DNA of 30,702 nucleotides, from positions 1-30,702 of IMG/VR virus record IMGVR_UViG_3300025889_000609. One strand, written 5' to 3'. Shown piece by piece: positions 26,482 to 30,702 of this stretch. The notes below the pieces were generated by a model. It saw only the letters and a program-made list of their open reading frames with translations, was not told the DNA's origin and did no database searches. The position numbers and the translations under genes were made by a program. Within the stretch, counting starts at the first letter, position 1. Every line of letters starts with the position of its first letter. This stretch comes from a virus (Duplodnaviria; Caudoviricetes).

Positions 26482-27302
26482 AAAGTTACCTAGATCATAT
26501 AAGAGAAGATTTGAATATAGCAAAGACCGAAGTTAGTGGTAGGGCTGCCAAACAAGCCAAGGACATGGGCCTTGAGTATGTAGGATTTGGTCGATATGCT
26601 GATCCCAAAACTGGTCAAGTTGCCTATATCGTCAAGAATGACCAGTTAGTACCATTCTCGAAAGCCATGAAAACAAATGACTATCAACAAAATCGATCGG
26701 ATGATTTTGGTACAATGGCAAAAGCGCAAACACAAGATAATGCAGATATTCTGGAACAATTATCCAAAGCCTATGATGCAATGAAATATGATGAAGCGGA
26801 ATTGGATGCCATCAAATGGTGGACAGATACCGGTTATTATGAAGCAGGTGATATGCTAAGCGGTATGCCCACTGGTGTAGATTCGAAGCAATTGCAGCCG
26901 GGTGGTCCTCAAGATTCTAGTCCTGCAATGATACAGGCCCTTGATAGTGCAATGACCAAAGTCCTTACACCGGCTGAGATTATTGTTTTCTCTGCTATTG
27001 ATGAGGGCAATGAATTTGCACCGGGCGTGTCATTCATCACGAAGGGATTTAGATCGACAACCCTCAGTATGGAAAACGCACTATCAACTGGATCGAACAC
27101 AATTCTACAGATATATATTCCACCAAAAATGCCGGGTGTTTATGCAGATGATATGTCAGTCAACCCGGGTGAGCATGAGTTCATTCTACCACGAGGTGCA
27201 AAGTTCAAAATAACAGGTGGTCCTAATCGTCTTGTTGGTAGTAGTGCAGAAATGCCTGATCAACATAAGGAAATCAACTATTACACCTGTTCTTTAGTAT
27301 AA
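26478..27302 (+). CDS. Alt/VIP2-like (R-S-E class) ADP-ribosyltransferase domain protein with capsid-targeting-like N-terminus
   Basis: E.DAIKWWT helix, KGFRSTTLS (STS motif), ILQI.IP..GVY and EHEFILPRGAKFKI (ExE motif). Starts MKSYLDHIRE. Confidence 0.72.
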   Translation: MKSYLDHIREDLNIAKTEVSGRAAKQAKDMGLEYVGFGRYADPKTGQVAYIVKNDQLVPFSKAMKTNDYQQNRSDDFGTMAKAQTQDNADILEQLSKAYDAMKYDEAELDAIKWWTDTGYYEAGDMLSGMPTGVDSKQLQPGGPQDSSPAMIQALDSAMTKVLTPAEIIVFSAIDEGNEFAPGVSFITKGFRSTTLSMENALSTGSNTILQIYIPPKMPGVYADDMSVNPGEHEFILPRGAKFKITGGPNRLVGSSAEMPDQHKEINYYTCSLV

Positions 27303-27305
27303 ATA
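27298..27305 (+). promoter_or_regulatory. T4-type late promoter TATAAATA
   Basis: Exact consensus overlapping the stop of the ART gene, upstream of the GGAG RBS and ATG 27327. Confidence 0.75.
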
Positions 27306-27326
27306 GAAAACAACACGGAGAGACCA

Positions 27327-27503
27327 ATGTCAAGAGAAAATATTGACGCAGCCATCCAAGATATCGTCAACAATCAGTTGGATGATATGCGCGAAAGATT
27401 CAATGCCACTCTATCATCAAAGGCTGTCGAAGCTCTTGATAATCGCAAGATCGAAATTGCACAGAACTATTTTGGATTTGAAAGAGCGAGAGATACAGAG
27501 TAA
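27327..27503 (+). CDS. Small prohead core protein (gp67-like), missed by the ORF track
   Basis: Manual translation MSRENIDAAIQDIVNNQLDDMRERFNATLSSKAVEALDNRKIEIAQNYFGFERARDTE* (58 aa). It has a GGAG RBS, a late promoter, and TAATG coupling to the next gene, and sits between gp20 and gp21. Confidence 0.75.
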   Translation: MSRENIDAAIQDIVNNQLDDMRERFNATLSSKAVEALDNRKIEIAQNYFGFERARDTE

Positions 27504-28720
27504 TGAAAACCTTATCCCAAATTAGGAAGACATCAGAAGATGTGTTATTAGAAAGTGCTGATAACACAGATATTAAGAAATTGACCACACTCGTTCGGAG
27601 TGGGCTTTTTGATCCTGCTAAACTGATGCTCCTGAAACGGGCTTTGGCTAAAGAGAACATGAAGATGACCAAGGCCGAAAGGCAGGTTCTTCTTGATCTT
27701 CTCGACAAACTCCTTGAACTTGTTACGAATGACCGGCAGATGTTTGGCCGAACACGATCCCTTGTTCGCGAAGATGTGGAAGATGGCGAGTTTGAGGATA
27801 TACCCATCAATGAAGTGACTGCACTACCCGCAGTCGGTGATAGAGGTATAGGACCAGGTGCGCTGGCCAAATCTATTTCAAATGCCAATAAAGGCTATAA
27901 GGGCAACGTAAAGATAGGTGTTGATACGAATCAAATACCTGCACTCATTGTTCTAAAACGTCGAGCCATTCGAGTTTTTCCAGATGGTCAGAAGGTTGCT
28001 CTATATTGGGCAGATCGGATCAACAAATACATCTCAGTTCCATTTCAGACAATAGGCATCAGCGAGGAGTTGAACGAAGGTGCTGTAGCCGAGTTTGGAA
28101 AAAGTTTAATACCCGGACATGATGCTTATCAAAGTTACAAGAAAGGCAACTATCTGGGTGCTGCAGGTAACCTCGCGCTTGATGCTGCAAGTCTGGCTGG
28201 TGTAGGTATAGCAGCAAAAGTGGGTATTAAAGGTATCAAAGCACTTCGAGCGGCAAGGGCTGTGAGTAAAGCAGGTAAAGCATCAAAGTTGGGCAAAGCA
28301 GCAAAATTGGGTGCAGCCGCGGCCGCAGGTTCTGCGGCAACCTCTGGTAATAGTGATGATAAGAGTCCGCCCGAAAAGTCTACCGCTAAGTCGTTGAAAC
28401 GGGATGGACCAGCATTTAATGGCACAAAGATCAAAGCATATTCTGCGGTTCGTGCAAAGCAACAGCGCGACCAAAAGGCCAAACTAGATAAACTCTATTC
28501 AACTCCTGATGAAAAGCCTGCCAAGAAAGATGATATTACAGAAAAATACATCATGGATTCTGCCAGATTCCACAATCTCAACATAAATTCCACATTTGCG
28601 GGTAAAGTATTGAATACTTACAACTCCTTAAATGAAAATAACAAGGCTGTGTTTCAGGAAATGATAAATAGAGATAAGGAATCATTCACCCAAGTGCTTA
28701 ATTTTACGCTAAAGAACTAG
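27503..28720 (+). CDS. Multi-segment prohead core / internal head protein
   Basis: PALIVLKRRAIRVFPDGQKVALY and LNTYNSLNENNK..F segments seen in T4-like core-region proteins. It has many (I/L)xE sites and a Gly/Ala/Lys-rich amphipathic insert. Confidence 0.6.
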   Translation: MKTLSQIRKTSEDVLLESADNTDIKKLTTLVRSGLFDPAKLMLLKRALAKENMKMTKAERQVLLDLLDKLLELVTNDRQMFGRTRSLVREDVEDGEFEDIPINEVTALPAVGDRGIGPGALAKSISNANKGYKGNVKIGVDTNQIPALIVLKRRAIRVFPDGQKVALYWADRINKYISVPFQTIGISEELNEGAVAEFGKSLIPGHDAYQSYKKGNYLGAAGNLALDAASLAGVGIAAKVGIKGIKALRAARAVSKAGKASKLGKAAKLGAAAAAGSAATSGNSDDKSPPEKSTAKSLKRDGPAFNGTKIKAYSAVRAKQQRDQKAKLDKLYSTPDEKPAKKDDITEKYIMDSARFHNLNINSTFAGKVLNTYNSLNENNKAVFQEMINRDKESFTQVLNFTLKN

Positions 28721-28729
28721 GAAAACCAC

Positions 28730-29260
28730 ATGGCAAACGTACTAAAAGAACACAAAATTATTGACACCCAAAATCGGGCACTTGTCAAATATGTATGGAT
28801 TTCAGATGGTACAGCCGAAGCCAATACGACACTGATTGATGTATCGGGTCTAGCATATTCATTGAATGCTAATGGGCAGATCATGGTATCGAATACACAT
28901 CCTAAATCTTCATATAGAACGACAATACGAAGAATCTATGGAACGGTAAAAGCCAATACATATGTTGCACTTCAATGGTATGGTTTGAATGGTCTTGCTA
29001 ATGATGAGATTGTCACAATCAACTCAGGTAATATTGATCTAAGACCAGACTATCCTGGGCATCCAGGCACATTGCCAAATCCTAATGTTGGCGATCCTGC
29101 GAATACCAACGGCGATATTGTCTTCTCAGTACCAACACCAGCATCCGGTGATAACTTTACTCTGATATTGGATATCAAGAAAGATAATCATGATTATGAT
29201 GCGGGCCAAACGGCTGATCCTAGTGCTTTCAATAGAGGTGTTTCGGCAGGGCCCCTATAA
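28730..29260 (+). CDS. Conserved T4-like virion protein of the gp20-gp21 region
   Basis: Clean ORF with an AGGA RBS. RALVKYV..SDGT.E.NTTLIDVS..GDI..FTLILDIKK pattern; ANT-rich. Confidence 0.6.
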   Translation: MANVLKEHKIIDTQNRALVKYVWISDGTAEANTTLIDVSGLAYSLNANGQIMVSNTHPKSSYRTTIRRIYGTVKANTYVALQWYGLNGLANDEIVTINSGNIDLRPDYPGHPGTLPNPNVGDPANTNGDIVFSVPTPASGDNFTLILDIKKDNHDYDAGQTADPSAFNRGVSAGPL

Positions 29261-30087
29261 TGAATAGACTGATTCAAGCCATCTCTGAAAAGAAATATGA
29301 ATTAGCCAAAAATGTTTTGGATGAACGGATATCAGATGTGGTTAGCCGGAAACTATTTGAAGTCAAAAAGTCTTTGCTGGCTAAAATCAGTGAAGCAGAT
29401 GTGCCGATTCCAAGACCGAGTCCGATACCCACACCAAATCAAACGAATGCTGCAAAGGGCGCGATTCGAAAAGAATTGGGTATCCAGAAAATCATTAAGG
29501 ATCAGGGTAATAGTCCTTCAAACTGGAAAGAAAAGACCGGAGGTGAATTACCCTCAAATCCTCCAAAAAATCCTACGCTTCGACAAAGTAAAGTTGAACG
29601 ATTCGCAGAAGAAACTAGGGCCGAGAAGTATGCAGCAAAGAAGGCTGCATGGGAAGCCAAAGAGAAGCCTTATAAAAAGGAAAAGATGAGCGATAAAAGA
29701 CTTGATGCACTCAAAGCCAAACTCGGTATCACAACCAAGAAGTTTCATGATGATATTCATTCCAAAGTGGCCAAGATTGGTCAATATGCTCAAGGTTCTC
29801 TTGAAGAGGAAGAAGACCTGCAGGAGGCTTCATTCAAGATTGTTAAGGCCCGAGTGCGTGGTGGTAAGATTCAACGCCGAAAGAAAGTATCGACACGACC
29901 AGGATATACATTTAGAGGTGGTAAATTGGTTAGAATGTCACCCGCTGAAAGACGAAGAAGAAAAATGGGTGCGCGCCGCGGCAAAATCAAGCGTCGGAGC
30001 AAGATGAATAGAGCCAACATGAAACGAGCCAGATCAAATCGCAAGAGAAATGCATTAGGTCTCAACAGAAAACCAGGAAGAAGATAG
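29260..30087 (+). CDS. Prohead core protein (gp68-like) with Arg/Lys-rich C-terminus
   Basis: ARVRGGKIQRRKKVS..GY..RGGKLVRMSPAERRRRKMGARRGKIKRR..RSNRKR..LGL, located just before gp21. Confidence 0.65.
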   Translation: MNRLIQAISEKKYELAKNVLDERISDVVSRKLFEVKKSLLAKISEADVPIPRPSPIPTPNQTNAAKGAIRKELGIQKIIKDQGNSPSNWKEKTGGELPSNPPKNPTLRQSKVERFAEETRAEKYAAKKAAWEAKEKPYKKEKMSDKRLDALKAKLGITTKKFHDDIHSKVAKIGQYAQGSLEEEEDLQEASFKIVKARVRGGKIQRRKKVSTRPGYTFRGGKLVRMSPAERRRRKMGARRGKIKRRSKMNRANMKRARSNRKRNALGLNRKPGRR

Positions 30088-30088
30088 C

Positions 30089-30568
30089 ATGACCAGAGAA
30101 GAAAAACTAGAAGTCTATGCAGAGATCATTTCCGAGGCTATTCAGTTGCAGGAGATATCCATAAAAAAGGCAATCAATGCCTACAAAAAAGCAGATTCGG
30201 CCGAGAAGTTTGAGACTGATGATGATTATGGAAATGACCGTGCGGCAAGATCCTATCGTAAGCAAAAGAATAAGTTCAAATCATATATTGCGAAAAAGGG
30301 TGGAGATAAGGCTGTAGCCGGGGCTGAAAAGGCTGCAAAGGTTCATCTGACAGGTCGTCGTCCAGGCCAGATCTTAGGTCAACCAGACGATCCTCTCAAA
30401 ATTCGACAAGAAGTTATTGGTCGTGAAAAGAAGAAGGGTGGCAAATGGTATACACCCACTCGCGGCAAGAATAAAGGTAAGATGCCAAACTCAAAAGAGT
30501 TGACAAGATATATCAAGCATTTCAGGCAACGGGATCACTACAAAAATTCCGATGATAAATATTCATAA
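30089..30568 (+). CDS. Basic hypothetical internal head protein
   Basis: Acidic leader ending IISE..LQEIS followed by a Lys/Arg-rich body. Confidence 0.6.
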   Translation: MTREEKLEVYAEIISEAIQLQEISIKKAINAYKKADSAEKFETDDDYGNDRAARSYRKQKNKFKSYIAKKGGDKAVAGAEKAAKVHLTGRRPGQILGQPDDPLKIRQEVIGREKKKGGKWYTPTRGKNKGKMPNSKELTRYIKHFRQRDHYKNSDDKYS

Positions 30569-30578
30569 GGAATAAGAA

Positions 30579-30702
30579 ATGAAACTAATAACCGAAGAAA
30601 TTCAGGATGTCCAGTTTATCACCGAAGAAAAGAACGGTGTCAAGGAACATTACATTACTGGAATTTTCATGCAATCCGAACAAAAGAATCGCAATGGTCG
30701 AG
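30579..30702 (+). CDS. gp21: Prohead protease gp21, 3'-truncated
   Basis: Manual translation MKLITEEIQDVQFITEEKNGVKEHYITGIFMQSEQKNRNGR matches the gp21 N-terminus. AAGGA RBS. Confidence 0.93.
   Translation, partial: MKLITEEIQDVQFITEEKNGVKEHYITGIFMQSEQKNRNGR

Noticed and set aside
27343-27525. 60-aa ORF from the ORF track
   Set aside because: It is in the wrong frame; the ATG 27327..27503 ORF has the RBS, promoter, coupling and gp67-like sequence.
1-30702. Stop-codon reassignment, tRNA or rRNA genes
   Set aside because: Core genes are full length under the standard code with TAA, TAG and TGA all used as stops. Intergenic gaps are short and show no cloverleaf.

Overview
This window is a late structural region of a large T4-like (Tevenvirinae/Kyanoviridae-type) myophage, with every credible gene on the + strand. 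1-7.9 kb holds Ala/Asn/Thr-rich repetitive fibre genes, LamG/ConA-like lectin modules and fibre accessory genes. 7.9-16 kb is an AT-rich enzyme island: two 2OG-Fe(II) oxygenase-like genes, three tandem KpsS/KpsC-like glycosyltransferase paralogues, three sulfotransferase-like genes, an FkbM-type methyltransferase and a radical SAM/SPASM enzyme. 16-30.7 kb is the T4 core block gp13-14-15-16-17-18-19-20-67-68-like-21 with T4 late-promoter motifs (TATAAATA). Extra genes interleave this core. Four begin with a T4 capsid-targeting-like peptide (cf. MKTYQEFIAE), including two different ADP-ribosyltransferase folds and a LysM protein. Two hypotheses stand out: (i) a phage-encoded virion glycosylation/sulfation system acting on regularly spaced [A/S]-N-[T/S] motifs of exposed virion proteins, and (ii) a set of head-packaged, protease-released effectors. 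All family calls come from motif recognition by eye; no database search was run.
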